Made by a program: the position numbers and the translations under genes. DNA of 64,000 bases. Origin: Pseudomonas sp. Its GTDB lineage: Bacteria > Pseudomonadota > Gammaproteobacteria > Pseudomonadales > Pseudomonadaceae. Under the pieces are notes generated by a model that was not told where the DNA came from, did not search any database, and saw nothing but the letters and a program-made list of their open reading frames with translations. The stretch spans positions 785-64,784 of the forward strand of contig JBOFCR010000062.1 of assembly GCA_051646165.1 (NCBI GenBank), written 5' to 3'. Below, in pieces: positions 30,311 through 43,503 of the stretch. Numbering within the stretch: position 1 is the stretch's first letter; every line of letters begins with the position of its first letter.

Positions 30311-31621
30311 TTAGCCGCGTGATGCGGCGATCTTGATCAGCTTGGCATAGTAGAAGCCATCGTGGCCGTCGATCTGCGGCAGCAGCTGGCGGCCGTGGGC
30401 AGTCTTGAGGCCGAAGTCGCCGGCAATATCCAGTTCACGCGCGCCGGGGGTACGGGCGAGGAAGGCGGCGATGTTGTCGCTGTTTTCCTCGGGCATCACC
30501 GAGCAGGTGGCGTAGAGCAGGATGCCGCCGACTTCGAGAGTGGGCCACAGGGCATCGAGCAGTTCGCCTTGCAGAACGGCTAGCGCGGCGATGTCGTCAG
30601 GCTGGCGGGTCAGCTTGATGTCTGGGTGGCGACGGATCACCCCGGTGGCTGAGCACGGTGCATCGAGCAGGATGCGCTGGAACGGCTTGCCATCCCACCA
30701 GCGGGCAGTATCGCGGCCGTCGGCGGCGATCAGGGTGGCGTTCAGCCTGAGGCGGTCGAGGTTTTCCTGCACCCGTGCCAGGCGCGCCGGCTCCAGGTCG
30801 ATGGCGACCACTTCGCTCAACCCCGGCTCGGCTTCGAGCAGGTGGCAGGTCTTGCCGCCGGGCGCGGCGCAGGCGTCCAGCACGCGCTGGCCGGGGGCCA
30901 GGTCGAGCAGGTCGGCGGCCAGCTGGGCGGCTTCGTCCTGCACGCTGAGGCGGCCGTCCATAAAGCCGGGCAGGGTCTTCACGTCGCAGGGCTGCAGCAG
31001 GCGGATGCCGTCGCGGCTGAAGGTGCAGGGCACGGCTTCGATGCCGGCGCTGTGCAGTTCGGCCAGGTAGGCCTCGCGGCTGCCATGGCGGCGGTTGACT
31101 CGCAGCAGCAGCGGCGGATGGGCGTTGTTGGCCGCGCAGATCGCCTGCCAGTGCTCGGGCCAGCGTGCCTTCAGGGCTTTCTGCAGCCAGCGCGGGTGGG
31201 CGGTATGCAGCACCGGGTCTTTGTCCAGGCTGGCGCACAGGGCTTCGCCGTCGCGCTGGGCATTGCGCAGCACGGCGTTGAGCAGGCCCTTGAGCGAGGT
31301 CTTCTTCAGCTTGTCGACACAGGCCACCGTCTCGCCGATCGCCGCGTGAGGCGGGATGCGGGTGTAGAACAGTTGGTACAGGCCGATCAGCAGCAGCGCC
31401 TCGACATCGCGGTCGGCGGCCTTGAACGGCTTCTGCAGCAGCTTCTCAGCCAGCAGGGCCAGCCGCGGCTGCCAGCGTGCGGTGCCAAAGGCCAGGTCCT
31501 GGGCCAGGCTGCGGTCACGCGCCTCGACCTTGTCCAGCAGTGGCGGCAGGCTGCTGCCCAGCGAGGCCTTGCCATTGAGTACGGCGGCCAGGGCGCGGGT
31601 GGCGGCCAGGCGTGGATTCAT
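30311..31621 (-). CDS. rsmB: 16S rRNA m5C967 methyltransferase
   Basis: NusB-like N-terminus, [23 protein letters not shown]. Confidence 0.96.
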   Translation of the reverse strand: MNPRLAATRALAAVLNGKASLGSSLPPLLDKVEARDRSLAQDLAFGTARWQPRLALLAEKLLQKPFKAADRDVEALLLIGLYQLFYTRIPPHAAIGETVACVDKLKKTSLKGLLNAVLRNAQRDGEALCASLDKDPVLHTAHPRWLQKALKARWPEHWQAICAANNAHPPLLLRVNRRHGSREAYLAELHSAGIEAVPCTFSRDGIRLLQPCDVKTLPGFMDGRLSVQDEAAQLAADLLDLAPGQRVLDACAAPGGKTCHLLEAEPGLSEVVAIDLEPARLARVQENLDRLRLNATLIAADGRDTARWWDGKPFQRILLDAPCSATGVIRRHPDIKLTRQPDDIAALAVLQGELLDALWPTLEVGGILLYATCSVMPEENSDNIAAFLARTPGARELDIAGDFGLKTAHGRQLLPQIDGHDGFYYAKLIKIAASRG

Positions 31622-32550
31622 TGCCCAAGCACCAGGCCGACGGCGAACTGCTCGCGGCGGCTGTTGTACAGGTCGGCGAAGGCCAGCGGCTTGCCGCCAG
31701 GCAGTTGCAGGCGGGTCAGGCGCAGGGCGCCGTCACCGCAGGCGACGGTCAGGCCGGCCTTGTCGGCAGCGAGCACGGTTCCGGGAGCGCCTTTGCCCTC
31801 GCCAATCTGAGCAGCCAGTACCTTGAGCGGCTCGCCATTCAGGGTGCTGTGGCAGATCGGCCAGGGATTGAAGGCGCGCACCAGGCGTTCCAGCTCCACG
31901 GCCGGGCGGTTCCAGTCGATGCGCGCCTCGTCCTTGTTCAGCTTGTGTGCGTAGGTGGCCAGGCTGTCGTCCTGCACTTCGCCCTGTAGCTCGCCGGCGG
32001 CCAGTTTACCGATGGCCTCGACCACCGCAGCCGAGCCGAGCCGGGCCAGACGATCATGCAGGCTGCCGCCGGTGTCGTCGGCGGTGATGGTGGTGCTGAC
32101 CTTGAGCAGCATCGGCCCGGTATCCAGGCCGGCTTCCATCTGCATCACGGTGACCCCGCTGCTGCTGTCGCCCGCCTGCACCGCGCGCTGGATCGGCGCT
32201 GCACCGCGCCAGCGTGGCAGCAAGGAGGCATGGCTATTGATGCAACCCAGGCGCGGAGTGTCCAGTACCACTTGCGGCAGGATCAGGCCGTAGGCGACTA
32301 CCACCATCAGATCGGCATGCAGCGTGACCAGCTCGGCCTGGGCTGCCGGGTCACGCAAGGTCTGCGGCTGGTACACGGCGATATTGTGCTGCAGCGCCAA
32401 CTGCTTGACCGGGCTCGGCATGAGTTTCTGCCCACGACCGGCGGGACGATCCGGCTGGGTATAGACGGCGACTATCTCGCGCCCGGCGTCGAGCAGGGCC
32501 TGCAGGTGCTGGGCGGCGAATTCGGGGGTGCCGGCGAAGACGATACGCAT
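31618..32550 (-). CDS. fmt: Methionyl-tRNA formyltransferase
   Basis: [24 protein letters not shown]. Confidence 0.97.
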   Translation of the reverse strand: MRIVFAGTPEFAAQHLQALLDAGREIVAVYTQPDRPAGRGQKLMPSPVKQLALQHNIAVYQPQTLRDPAAQAELVTLHADLMVVVAYGLILPQVVLDTPRLGCINSHASLLPRWRGAAPIQRAVQAGDSSSGVTVMQMEAGLDTGPMLLKVSTTITADDTGGSLHDRLARLGSAAVVEAIGKLAAGELQGEVQDDSLATYAHKLNKDEARIDWNRPAVELERLVRAFNPWPICHSTLNGEPLKVLAAQIGEGKGAPGTVLAADKAGLTVACGDGALRLTRLQLPGGKPLAFADLYNSRREQFAVGLVLGQ

Positions 32551-32572
32551 GGATCACTCACTGCTGGAAAAG

Positions 32573-32598
32573 AAAAAGGCTTGCCGGAGCAAGCCTTT
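32573..32598 (-). terminator. Terminator-like hairpin between def and fmt
   Basis: AAAGGCTTGC-cgga-GCAAGCCTTT with a U-tract in the def-to-fmt direction. Confidence 0.5.
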
Positions 32599-32609
32599 GG
32601 AGTCGTGGA

Positions 32610-33116
32610 TCAAGCTTGCTGGCGGTGCTGTTTTTCCAGCTTCTTCTTGATCCGGTCGCGCTTGAGACTGGACAGGTAGTCGACGAACAGCTTGCCGTTG
32701 AGGTGATCGCACTCGTGCTGGATGCACACTGCGAGCAGGCCTTCGGCGATCAGCTCGTAGGGCTCGCCGTTACGGTCGAGCGCCTTGATCTTGACCTTCT
32801 GCGGGCGGTCGACGTTCTCGTAGAAGCCGGGTACCGACAGGCAGCCTTCCTGATACTGGTCCATCTCCTCGGTCAACGACTCGAACTCGGGGTTGATGAA
32901 CACCCGTGGTTCGGACTTGTCCTCGGACAGGTCCATCACCACCAGACGCTTGTGCACGTTGATCTGGGTGGCGGCGAGGCCGATTCCTGGCGCGGCGTAC
33001 ATGGTTTCGAACATGTCGTCGATCAGGGTGTTCAGGGCCGCGTCGAAAACCGTTACCGGCTTGGCAATGGTGCGCAGGCGCGGATCGGGAAATTCGAGGA
33101 TGTTGAGAATCGCCAT
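32610..33116 (-). CDS. def: Peptide deformylase
   Basis: [19 protein letters not shown]. Confidence 0.98.
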   Translation of the reverse strand: MAILNILEFPDPRLRTIAKPVTVFDAALNTLIDDMFETMYAAPGIGLAATQINVHKRLVVMDLSEDKSEPRVFINPEFESLTEEMDQYQEGCLSVPGFYENVDRPQKVKIKALDRNGEPYELIAEGLLAVCIQHECDHLNGKLFVDYLSSLKRDRIKKKLEKQHRQQA

Positions 33117-33249
33117 AGATGTTTGTGATGCACTTGTGGAATAAAGTCAAAAACCGCTGCTAAGATGATGAACAGCTTTGAAAAACGGCTTTGAAGCCAC
33201 GGGTTCTGCGGCTTACAGGCGTCTGCCACATAATAAAGGGATTCACCGC

Positions 33250-34275
33250 ATGAGGAAATCACTACTCGCCCTGCTACTTCTCGCCGTTGGCGGACTGGCC
33301 CAGGCAGAAGTGCAGCTCAAGGAAGGTCACCCGGACCGCTATACCGTGGTCAGGGGTGACACGCTCTGGGACATCTCTGGCAAGTTCCTCAGCCAGCCCT
33401 GGAAGTGGCCGGAACTGTGGCATGCGAACCCGCAGATCGAGAACCCGCACCTGATCTATCCGGGCGATACCCTGAGCCTGGTCTACGTCGATGGCCAGCC
33501 GCGCCTGGTGCTCAACCGTGGCGAGTCGCGCGGCACCATCAAGCTTTCCCCGCAAGTGCGCAGCACGCCGCTGGCCCAGGCCATTCCGGCGATTCCGCTG
33601 GAAGCGATCAACAGCTTCCTGCTGAGCAACCGTATCGTCGACACCCCCGAAGAGTTCGAGGGCAAGCCTTACATCGTGGCTGGCCAGGCCGAGCGCGTGG
33701 TCAGCGGTGCCGGCGATCGCATTTATGCGCGTGGTGCGTTCGACCAGGCACAGCCGGCGTATGGCATCTTTCGTCAGGGCAAGACCTATACCGACCCTGA
33801 GACCCAGGAATTCCTCGGCATCAATGCCGACGATATCGGTGGCGGCGAGATCGTTGCCGAGGAAGGCGACGTGGCCACGCTCAGCCTGACTCGCGCCAAC
33901 CAGGAAGTTCGCCTGGGCGACCGTCTGTTCCCCACCGAAGAGCGTGCGGTCAACTCGACATTCATGCCGAGCGAGCCGGCAACCGATGTCAATGGCGTGA
34001 TCCTCGACGTGCCGCGCGGCGTGACCCGCATCGGTCAGTTCGACGTGGTAACCCTGAACAAGGGCAAGATCGACGGCCTGAGCGAGGGCAACGTACTGGC
34101 GATATACAAGACCGGCGAAACCGTACGTGACCGCATCACCGGCGAATCGGTGAAGATCCCCGACGAGCGCTCCGGTCTGCTGATGGTGTTCCGCACCTAC
34201 GAGAAGCTCAGCTACGGCCTGGTGCTCTACGCCACCCGCGACCTGGCGGTGATGGACAAGGTGAAGAACCCGTAA
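33250..34275 (+). CDS. tsaP: LysM peptidoglycan-binding protein (TsaP-like)
   Basis: Signal peptide, YTVVRGDTLWDIS LysM motif; divergent from def, upstream of dprA. Confidence 0.8.
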   Translation: MRKSLLALLLLAVGGLAQAEVQLKEGHPDRYTVVRGDTLWDISGKFLSQPWKWPELWHANPQIENPHLIYPGDTLSLVYVDGQPRLVLNRGESRGTIKLSPQVRSTPLAQAIPAIPLEAINSFLLSNRIVDTPEEFEGKPYIVAGQAERVVSGAGDRIYARGAFDQAQPAYGIFRQGKTYTDPETQEFLGINADDIGGGEIVAEEGDVATLSLTRANQEVRLGDRLFPTEERAVNSTFMPSEPATDVNGVILDVPRGVTRIGQFDVVTLNKGKIDGLSEGNVLAIYKTGETVRDRITGESVKIPDERSGLLMVFRTYEKLSYGLVLYATRDLAVMDKVKNP

Positions 34276-34282
34276 TACCCAG

Positions 34283-34306
34283 AACCCCCGCGAAAGCGGG
34301 GGTTTT
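34283..34306 (+). terminator. Intrinsic terminator
   Basis: AACCCCCGC-gaaa-GCGGGGGTT then TT. Confidence 0.75.
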
Positions 34307-34352
34307 GCTTTCTGCAGCCCGCATGCGGGCGCGCTCGATCAAGGATGATCAG

Positions 34353-35441
34353 ATGAGTGCTGTTTCTCCCGCCGAACTGGAGGCGCGCCTGCGCCTGCAT
34401 AGCCTGCCCGAACTCGGGCCGCGGCGTTTCCGCCGCCTGTTCGAGGCTTTCCCCTCCGCTTCTGCCGCCCTCAGCGCTCCGGCCGCCGCCTGGCGCAGTC
34501 TCGGGTTGCCGGCGGCCTGTGCCGAGGCCCGGCGCAGCCCGGCGATCCGCGAGCGCGCCGCCCGGGCCCTGAGCTGGCTGGAGCAGCCGGGTCAGCAGGT
34601 GGTGATGTGGGATGCGGCAAACTACCCTGCCTTGCTTGCCGAGCTGAGCGATGCCCCGCCGCTGCTGTTTGTGGCTGGCAATCCGGGGTTGCTTGAGCAG
34701 CCGCAACTGGCCATGGTTGGCAGCCGGCGTGCTTCACGCCCCGGCCTGGATAGCGCTGGCGCCTTTGCCCGCAGTCTGGCGGGTGGCGGCTTCACCATCA
34801 CCAGTGGCCTGGCTCTGGGTGTCGATGGCGCGGCGCATCAGGGCGCGCTGGATGTCGGTGGCAGCACCCTGGCGGTGCTGGGCACGGGCCTGCAATGCAT
34901 CTATCCGCACCGCCATGTCGGCTTGGCGGCACGCATTATCGAAGGTGGTGGCGCGCTGGTTTCCGAACTGCCACTGGACTGTCCGCCGCAGGCCGGCAAC
35001 TTTCCGCGGCGCAACCGCATCATCAGTGGCCTGTCGCTCGGCGTGCTGGTAGTTGAGGCCAGTCCCTCCAGCGGCTCGCTGATCACCGCGCGGCTGGCGG
35101 CCGAGCAGGGGCGCGAGGTGTATGCCATCCCCGGCTCGATCCATCACCCGGGCGCGCGCGGCTGCCATCAACTGATTCGCGAGGGCGCGACCCTGGTGGA
35201 GAGCGTCGAGGACATCCTCCAGGCCCTGCGCGGCTGGCAGCAGGTCGCGCCGGCGCCACAGGCCGGGGTGGTCGATGAACACCCCTTGCTGCTGCAGTTG
35301 CGCGCTGCTCCGCTGAGCAGCGAAGGGCTGGCGCGTGCCGCTGGCCTGGCGCTGGGCGAGACCCTGGCGCAACTGACCGATCTGGAGCTGGCTGGGCTGG
35401 TGGTATGCGAGGCAGGTTTCTGGGTGCCTCGCGGTGCCTGA
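34353..35441 (+). CDS. dprA: DNA-processing protein DprA (Smf)
   Basis: VGSRRAS, TSGLALGVDGAAH, FPRRNRIISG, SGSLITA. Confidence 0.95.
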   Translation: MSAVSPAELEARLRLHSLPELGPRRFRRLFEAFPSASAALSAPAAAWRSLGLPAACAEARRSPAIRERAARALSWLEQPGQQVVMWDAANYPALLAELSDAPPLLFVAGNPGLLEQPQLAMVGSRRASRPGLDSAGAFARSLAGGGFTITSGLALGVDGAAHQGALDVGGSTLAVLGTGLQCIYPHRHVGLAARIIEGGGALVSELPLDCPPQAGNFPRRNRIISGLSLGVLVVEASPSSGSLITARLAAEQGREVYAIPGSIHHPGARGCHQLIREGATLVESVEDILQALRGWQQVAPAPQAGVVDEHPLLLQLRAAPLSSEGLARAAGLALGETLAQLTDLELAGLVVCEAGFWVPRGA

Positions 35442-35544
35442 ACACCTGTTTACAATCGGCCTTGTCCGGCTCCAGTGCAGATGATCGTAAACAGGTTCTG
35501 ACCTCGCTACACTCGCGCCCATTCAAGCCGGTTCGGGGGTAGGC

Positions 35545-36102
35545 ATGCACAGCAGTTGGCGGATACAGCGGGTCGCACGCATCGTGCGCCAGGGTGGCGT
35601 GATCGCCTATCCCACCGAGGCCGTCTGGGGGCTGGGTTGCGATCCCTGGAGCGAGGCGGCGGTCGAGCGCCTGCTAGCGCTCAAGGACCGGCCGATGCAC
35701 AAGGGCCTGATCCTGGTGGCGGACACTATCCGCCAGTTCGACTTCCTCCTCGACGACCTGCCCGAGCGCTGGGTCGACCGCCTGGCCAGCACCTGGCCGG
35801 GGCCGAACACCTGGCTGGTGCCGCACCAGAACCGCCTGCCCGAGTGGATCACCGGCCGGCACGACACGGTGGCCCTGCGCGTCAGCGACCATCCGCTGGT
35901 GCGTGATCTGTGCGCGCTAGTCGGCCCGTTGGTTTCCACGTCGGCCAACCCCGCCGGGCGCCCGTCCGCGCGTACGCGCCTGCGCGTCGAGCAGTACTTC
36001 CATGGTCAGCTCGACGGCGTACTTGGCGGTGCCCTCGGCGGGCGGCGCAATCCCAGCCTGATCCGTGACCTGCGCACCGGCGATGTAATCCGCCCGTCCT
36101 GA
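35545..36102 (+). CDS. tsaC: L-threonylcarbamoyladenylate synthase
   Basis: [16 protein letters not shown]. Confidence 0.92.
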   Translation: MHSSWRIQRVARIVRQGGVIAYPTEAVWGLGCDPWSEAAVERLLALKDRPMHKGLILVADTIRQFDFLLDDLPERWVDRLASTWPGPNTWLVPHQNRLPEWITGRHDTVALRVSDHPLVRDLCALVGPLVSTSANPAGRPSARTRLRVEQYFHGQLDGVLGGALGGRRNPSLIRDLRTGDVIRPS

Positions 36103-36108
36103 CGCCCG

Positions 36109-38124
<2,016 letters not shown>

Positions 38125-38127
38125 TCG

Positions 38128-38350
38128 CTGCTGCGCTCGGCCAGGCTGCGTTGAGAGCGGGCTCGGAAAGCCGCTTGTGGCTAACGCGCTGCAGCGCGGC
38201 CCGAAGGGCGAGTGGAACGAGTAATGCCCATTTACAACCCGTAAACTCCGCTTGACTCGCGGAGCTCGCCCTATGGGCCAGCCGTTGGCTGTTACTTCGC
38301 TGCGCTCGTGTCTCGCCCACTCTCGCCTTGCCTGACCTTCGCTCGCGACG
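38128..38350. repeat. Degenerate dispersed palindromic/MITE-like repeat, copy 1
   Basis: First 35 nt align 32/36 with 52874-52909; internal hairpin TTTAC-aaccc-GTAAA; resembles a Pseudomonas intergenic repeat family (from memory, unverified). Confidence 0.55.
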
Positions 38351-38381
38351 CGCTGAAGGCAAATTTTCTGAGGACTTTCCC

Positions 38382-39206
38382 ATGGATCGCTACGGCGTCT
38401 TCGGCAACCCCATCGGCCACAGCAAGTCGCCGCTGATCCACCGCCTGTTCGCTGAGCAGACCGACCAGGACCTCTCCTACGAAGCCCTGCTGGCGCCGCT
38501 GGACGACTTCGCCGGGTTCGCCCGCACCTTCTTCGCCGAAGGCCGGGGCGGCAATGTCACCGTGCCGTTCAAGGAGCAGGCCTACCAACTGGTCGACCAG
38601 CTCAGCGAGCGCGCGCGCCGCGCCGGTGCGGTGAACACCCTGAAGAAGCTGGATGATGGCCGCCTGTTCGGCGACAACACCGACGGTGCCGGCCTAGTGC
38701 GCGACCTCACGGCGAATGCCGGACTCGACCTGGCTGGCAAGCGCATTCTCCTGCTCGGCGCCGGCGGTGCCGTGCGTGGTGTGCTGGAGCCGATCCTGGC
38801 GCACAACCCCTATGCCCTGGTGATCGCCAACCGCACGGTGGCAAAGGCCGAGCAGCTGGCCCACGAGTTCGCCGACCTCGGCCCGCTGGCCGCTGCCGGC
38901 TTCGACTGGCTCAGCGAGCCGGTCGACCTGATCATCAACGGCACCTCGGCCTCGCTGGCCGGCGAGCTGCCGCCGCTCGACCCGAGCCTGATCCAGCCCG
39001 GCCACACCCTGTGCTACGACATGATGTATGGCAAGCAAGCGACCGCCTTCAACCGTTGGGCCGCCGAGCACGGTGCGGCGCGCTGCATCGATGGCCTGGG
39101 CATGCTGGTCGAGCAGGCCGCCGAGGCCTTCCAGCTGTGGCGCGGGGTGCGTCCGGAGAGTGCGCCGGTACTGGCCGAGCTGCGCCGCCAACTGGCCAGC
39201 ACCTGA
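38382..39206 (+). CDS. aroE: Shikimate dehydrogenase
   Basis: [34 protein letters not shown]. Confidence 0.96.
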   Translation: MDRYGVFGNPIGHSKSPLIHRLFAEQTDQDLSYEALLAPLDDFAGFARTFFAEGRGGNVTVPFKEQAYQLVDQLSERARRAGAVNTLKKLDDGRLFGDNTDGAGLVRDLTANAGLDLAGKRILLLGAGGAVRGVLEPILAHNPYALVIANRTVAKAEQLAHEFADLGPLAAAGFDWLSEPVDLIINGTSASLAGELPPLDPSLIQPGHTLCYDMMYGKQATAFNRWAAEHGAARCIDGLGMLVEQAAEAFQLWRGVRPESAPVLAELRRQLAST

Positions 39207-39297
39207 GCTAGAGCGAGCAGGGGGGGCAAGGCTATACTGAACGGGCCAGCAAGGATCGCTTCAGGCTTTTTTCCCACCTGCCTAGCGGATAGTCCTT

Positions 39298-40206
39298 GTG
39301 AAGATGCTTCGTTGTTTTGCCGGCGTTATGCTGGCCTGTGCGACCCTGATCGCTGCCCCTGCCCTGCAGGCTGCCGGCAAGACCCAGGAACTGGCCTCCG
39401 GCAGCGCCCTGCTGGTCGACCTGAACACCAACCAGGTGCTCTATGCCAGCAACCCCGACCTGCAGGTACCAATCGCCTCGGTGACCAAGCTGATGACCGC
39501 CATGGTCACGCTGGACGCCAAGCCGTCGCTGGATGAGCGGCTCGATGTGGTGATCCGCGATGTGCCGGAAATGCGTGGGATCTACTCGCGCGTACGCCTG
39601 GGCAGCGTGCTGAGCCGTCGAGACATGCTCCTGCTGACCCTGATGAGTTCGGAGAACCGCGCGGCCTCCAGCCTGGCTCATCATTATCCGGGCGGCGTGC
39701 CGGCCTTCCTCGCGGCGATGAACGCCAAGGCCCGCGCCCTGGGCATGACGCACACCCGCTACCGTGACCCGACCGGTCTGTCCGAGGGTAACGTCTCCAC
39801 CGCCAATGACCTGGTCAAGCTGATCAAGGCTGCCGGCCAGTACCCGCTGATCGGCCAGTTCAGCAGCACTCGCGAGCACGTCCAGCAATTCGCCAAGCCG
39901 CGTTACAGCCTGGGCTTTCGCAACACCAACGGCCTGGTGCACAAGGCCGACTGGAGCATCCAGTTGACCAAGACCGGTTTCACCAACGCTGCCGGCCATT
40001 GCCTGGTGATGCGTACCCAGATGGGCGGGCGGCCGGTGGCCTTCGTGGTACTGGATGCTTTCGGCAAGTACACCCATATGGCCGACGCCAACCGCCTGAA
40101 GAAGTGGCTGGAAAGCGGCCGGGTCCAGCCGGTCGCGCCGGCGGCGCTGGCCTACAAGAAGCAACGCCAGCAGGAGCGCGCGCGAACCATGCAGGCTTCG
40201 CAGTAA
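39298..40206 (+). CDS. pbpG: D-alanyl-D-alanine endopeptidase (PBP7)
   Basis: ASVTK (SxxK), SEN (SxN), KTG. Confidence 0.9.
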   Translation: MKMLRCFAGVMLACATLIAAPALQAAGKTQELASGSALLVDLNTNQVLYASNPDLQVPIASVTKLMTAMVTLDAKPSLDERLDVVIRDVPEMRGIYSRVRLGSVLSRRDMLLLTLMSSENRAASSLAHHYPGGVPAFLAAMNAKARALGMTHTRYRDPTGLSEGNVSTANDLVKLIKAAGQYPLIGQFSSTREHVQQFAKPRYSLGFRNTNGLVHKADWSIQLTKTGFTNAAGHCLVMRTQMGGRPVAFVVLDAFGKYTHMADANRLKKWLESGRVQPVAPAALAYKKQRQQERARTMQASQ

Positions 40207-40222
40207 GCGCTTCGCGGCAATG

Positions 40223-40250
40223 AAAAAGCCCGGCTAGTGCCGGGCTTTTT
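40223..40250. terminator. Bidirectional terminator between convergent genes
   Basis: AAAAAGCCCGGC-tagt-GCCGGGCTTTTT. Confidence 0.85.
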
Positions 40251-40266
40251 GCTTTTCAGGCTCGGT

Positions 40267-41619
40267 TCAGAGGAACCAGCGATATTCCCGCGCGCTGACT
40301 TCGTGCATGAAGTCCAGATGGTCCTGGCGCTTGTTCTCGCTGTAGACGAAGACGAACTCGCTGCCCAGCTTGTCGCGCACCACCTCATGCGACGCCATCG
40401 CCGCCACGGCGGTGAGCATGTCCTTGGGGAAGTCGATGCCGCTGCTGCGGTCTTCGTTGAGCGAGGGAATCGGTTCGCGGGCCTGATCCAGGCCGTATTC
40501 CATGCCGCTGAGGATGGCCGCCAGCACCAGGTAGGGGTTGGCGTCGGCGCCGGCCAGGCGGTGTTCGATGCGCAGGTTCTTGCCGTCCGACTCGGGGATG
40601 CGGATGCACGCATCGCGATCCTCGAAGCCCCAGCTGGCCTTGCTCGCCGAGTTGACCATGGCGCCATAACGGCGGAAGGCGTTGTGGTTGGCGGCGAAGA
40701 TCGGCATGCAGTGCGGCAGCAGTTCCAGGCAGCCGGCCACGGCGTGGCGCAGCGGGCGTTGGGCGTCGCCGTCGAGCAGGTTGTTGCCGGCCTCGTCATA
40801 CAGGCTGACGTGCACGTGCATGCCACTGCCCGGCGCCTGCAGGTAGGGTTTGCTCATGAAGCTGGCGCGGTGGCCGTGCTGCATGGCCACGCCACGGGTG
40901 CTGCGGGTGAACAGCGCGGCCCAGTCGGCGGCCTGCAGGCCATCTTCGCAGTGGGCGAAGTTGATCTCGAACTGGCCGGGGCCGAGTTCGGCGGTGATCA
41001 CGTTGGCTTCCACGCCCTGCTCCTGGGCGGTCTCGACCATGTCGTGGAGCACCTCGGAGAAGCGTGTCAGGCGCTCGATGTGCATGTTCGGCTGGTCGTC
41101 GACATCGCCGGTCAGCGGGTCGCGGGGGAACTGTGGCAGGCCATTTTCCAGCTTGCGGTCGAACAGGTAGAACTCCAGCTCGAAGGCCACCACCGGGCGG
41201 ATACCTCGCGCGGCAAGCCGCTGCAGGACTCTAGCCAGCACTTCGCGCGGCTCGAATTCGATGGGCGCCTCGGTGCCGTCGGAGCTGATCAGCATCTGCC
41301 CCATCGGCTGCTTCTCCCAGCGCACCGGCTTGAGCGTGCCGGGGATCAGGCGGCGCGGGGCGTCCGGGTCGCCGTCGTTGAAGCAGTAGTCGCCAATCGG
41401 GTGCAGGCCGCCCTGGGCGCCGAGCAGCACGCAGTTCTGCGGCACTTTCAGCGGGCCGCCGGCGGCGACCTTTTCCAGCATGTCCATGGGGTAGCGCTTG
41501 CCGTAGAAGTGCCCGGGAATGTCCAGGCAGATCAGTTCGACGTAGCGCACCTCGGGGTTGGCGGCGCGGAAGGCGCGGACTTCGCTGAGCAGGTCGGGGA
41601 ATTTCGTTGTTGTTGTCAT
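40267..41619 (-). CDS. Glutamine synthetase family gamma-glutamyl-amine ligase (PuuA/PauA-like)
   Basis: AFELEFYL, ELGPGQFEIN, GSGMHVHVSL, RIEHRLAGADANPY. Confidence 0.88.
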   Translation of the reverse strand: MTTTTKFPDLLSEVRAFRAANPEVRYVELICLDIPGHFYGKRYPMDMLEKVAAGGPLKVPQNCVLLGAQGGLHPIGDYCFNDGDPDAPRRLIPGTLKPVRWEKQPMGQMLISSDGTEAPIEFEPREVLARVLQRLAARGIRPVVAFELEFYLFDRKLENGLPQFPRDPLTGDVDDQPNMHIERLTRFSEVLHDMVETAQEQGVEANVITAELGPGQFEINFAHCEDGLQAADWAALFTRSTRGVAMQHGHRASFMSKPYLQAPGSGMHVHVSLYDEAGNNLLDGDAQRPLRHAVAGCLELLPHCMPIFAANHNAFRRYGAMVNSASKASWGFEDRDACIRIPESDGKNLRIEHRLAGADANPYLVLAAILSGMEYGLDQAREPIPSLNEDRSSGIDFPKDMLTAVAAMASHEVVRDKLGSEFVFVYSENKRQDHLDFMHEVSAREYRWFL

Positions 41620-41636
41620 GGAGGTATCTGCGCGGA

Positions 41637-42194
41637 TCAGGTGAAGACCCAGAGCACTCTTGTGGGGAAATCGGTGAGGTTGGCGTAGCGGAACTGCGCA
41701 TGCGGTGGCAGCTGGAAGCTGTCCCGCGGGCCGAGGGTGACCGGTTCGGCGTCGTCGCCATACCAGACGGTCAGCTCGCCTTCGAGGACGAAGCCGCCCT
41801 GTTCGGAGCTGTCGTTGAGGTGCCCCTCGCCGCTGCTGGCGCCGGGCTCGAGGAAACTCTCGAGCATGGCGAAACCACCGGCCATGCCCGGCGAGGCCAG
41901 CACGTCGGTGATGCCGCCGGCGTAATACAGGGTGCGGCGCTCGTCCGGGCGGGTCACCCAGCGCACAGCGCGCGGATGGCCGGGGTTGTAGAAGTAGGTG
42001 GTCGGCACGCCGAGCGCTTCGCTGATGGCGGTCAGGTCGGCCACGGTCGGGCGCGACAGGCCGCGCTCGACCTGGGACAGGAAGCCCACCGAGCGGCCGA
42101 TCTGCTCGGCCAGATCATTGAGGGTAACGTTCTTGTGCTTGCGCAGGTCGCGCACCAGAATCGCCAGCCCTTCGATTTCGTCCTGTTTGTCCAT
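41637..42194 (-). CDS. XRE-HTH/cupin transcriptional regulator (PuuR/PauR-like)
   Basis: LSQVERGLSRPT HTH plus C-terminal cupin. Confidence 0.88.
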   Translation of the reverse strand: MDKQDEIEGLAILVRDLRKHKNVTLNDLAEQIGRSVGFLSQVERGLSRPTVADLTAISEALGVPTTYFYNPGHPRAVRWVTRPDERRTLYYAGGITDVLASPGMAGGFAMLESFLEPGASSGEGHLNDSSEQGGFVLEGELTVWYGDDAEPVTLGPRDSFQLPPHAQFRYANLTDFPTRVLWVFT

Positions 42195-42208
42195 GCCTGT
42201 CTCTCGTC

Positions 42209-43495
42209 TCAGATGATGTCGCGCAGGCGGTACCAGGCCTTGCCCACCGCTTCGATCGGCGCTGCCAGCAGGTCGCCGCCGGGGAAGCGCGGGTTGCTCA
42301 GGCCCTGGTACAGGCCGAGCAGCTGGTCGTCGCCAAGGATCGCATCGCTCACCGCGCGGGCGGCGGCCAGGGTCGGCAGGATGCCGTGGCCGGAGAAGCC
42401 CTGCAGCCAGTACTTGTTGCCCTGACGGCCGACATCCGGGGTGCGGTGCATGGTGCAGTCGATATGCCCGCCCCAGCCGTAGTCGATCTGTACCCCGCGC
42501 AGTTGCGGGAAGACTCGCTCCAGATACGGCCGGGTGGCCGCCGGCACGTCCGCCGGGATGCCGCCCAGGTAGGTGCAGCCGCCACCGAACAGCAGGCGGT
42601 TGTCCGGGGTGACGCGGAAGTAGTCGGGGACGAACTGGTTGTCGATGGCGCAGGTGCCGCGCGGGAACAACGAGCGCGCCAGCTCCGGGTCCAGCGGTGC
42701 GGTGGCCACCTGGTAGGAGCCGACCGGTAGCAGGCGCTTGGACAGCGTGCGGTCGAGGCGATCGATATAGGCGTTGCAGGCCAGCACCAGGACATCGCCG
42801 CGCACTTCGCCGTGCTCGGTGCGGGCAACGAAGCCGGCGGCGGTCTCGCGGTAGTCGAGCACCTTGCTCTGCTCGAAGATGCGCCCGCCGGCGGCCTCGA
42901 TGGCGCTGGCCAGGCCCTGGGCCAGCTTCAGCGGGTTGAGGTGGGCGGCGCCGGCGTCATGCAGCGCGGCCTGGTAGCGCGGGCTGGCAATCCACTGCGG
43001 CAGGTCCTGCTTGGGGATAAAGCTCAGCTGCTGGTAGCCGTACTTCTCGCTGGCTTCTTCGAGGTTGTCCTGCAGCAGGCGCACCCGGCGCGGCAGCACG
43101 GCGGTGTAGATGGCGCCGGTGCGGTAGTCGATGTCGAAGCCGTGGCGTTCAGGCAGCTCGCGCATTTCCTCGGCGGCCCAGACCATGCTGTCCCACAGCT
43201 GGCGGGCGCGCTCGGTGCCCAGGGCCTTTTCCAGCGGCGGCATATCGCAGGACCAGCCCGGCAGCGCCTGGCCACCGTTGCGCCCGGAAGCGGCCCAGGC
43301 CAGGCGGCTGGCTTCCAGCAGCACCACCTTCTTGCCGGCCAGGGCCAGACGCAGGGCGGTGTGCAGGCCGCTAAAGCCGCCACCGATCACCAGGATCTGG
43401 GTGTCGGTCTGGCCTTCCAGGCTCTGACGCAGCGGGATCTGGCCGTAGGTGGCGGCGTAGTAGGTTCCGACATGCTGCGCGGATTGCTTGAACAT
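42209..43495 (-). CDS. FAD-dependent oxidoreductase (PuuB-like)
   Basis: IGGGFSGL, ASGRNGG, QGFSGHG. Confidence 0.88.
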   Translation of the reverse strand: MFKQSAQHVGTYYAATYGQIPLRQSLEGQTDTQILVIGGGFSGLHTALRLALAGKKVVLLEASRLAWAASGRNGGQALPGWSCDMPPLEKALGTERARQLWDSMVWAAEEMRELPERHGFDIDYRTGAIYTAVLPRRVRLLQDNLEEASEKYGYQQLSFIPKQDLPQWIASPRYQAALHDAGAAHLNPLKLAQGLASAIEAAGGRIFEQSKVLDYRETAAGFVARTEHGEVRGDVLVLACNAYIDRLDRTLSKRLLPVGSYQVATAPLDPELARSLFPRGTCAIDNQFVPDYFRVTPDNRLLFGGGCTYLGGIPADVPAATRPYLERVFPQLRGVQIDYGWGGHIDCTMHRTPDVGRQGNKYWLQGFSGHGILPTLAAARAVSDAILGDDQLLGLYQGLSNPRFPGGDLLAAPIEAVGKAWYRLRDII

Positions 43496-43503
43496 GGAAG
43501 GCC

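Noticed and set aside
35444-35496. 10-bp inverted repeat ACCTGTTTAC/GTAAACAGGT between dprA and tsaC
   Set aside because: Long loop, no U-tract, single occurrence; no function can be supported.
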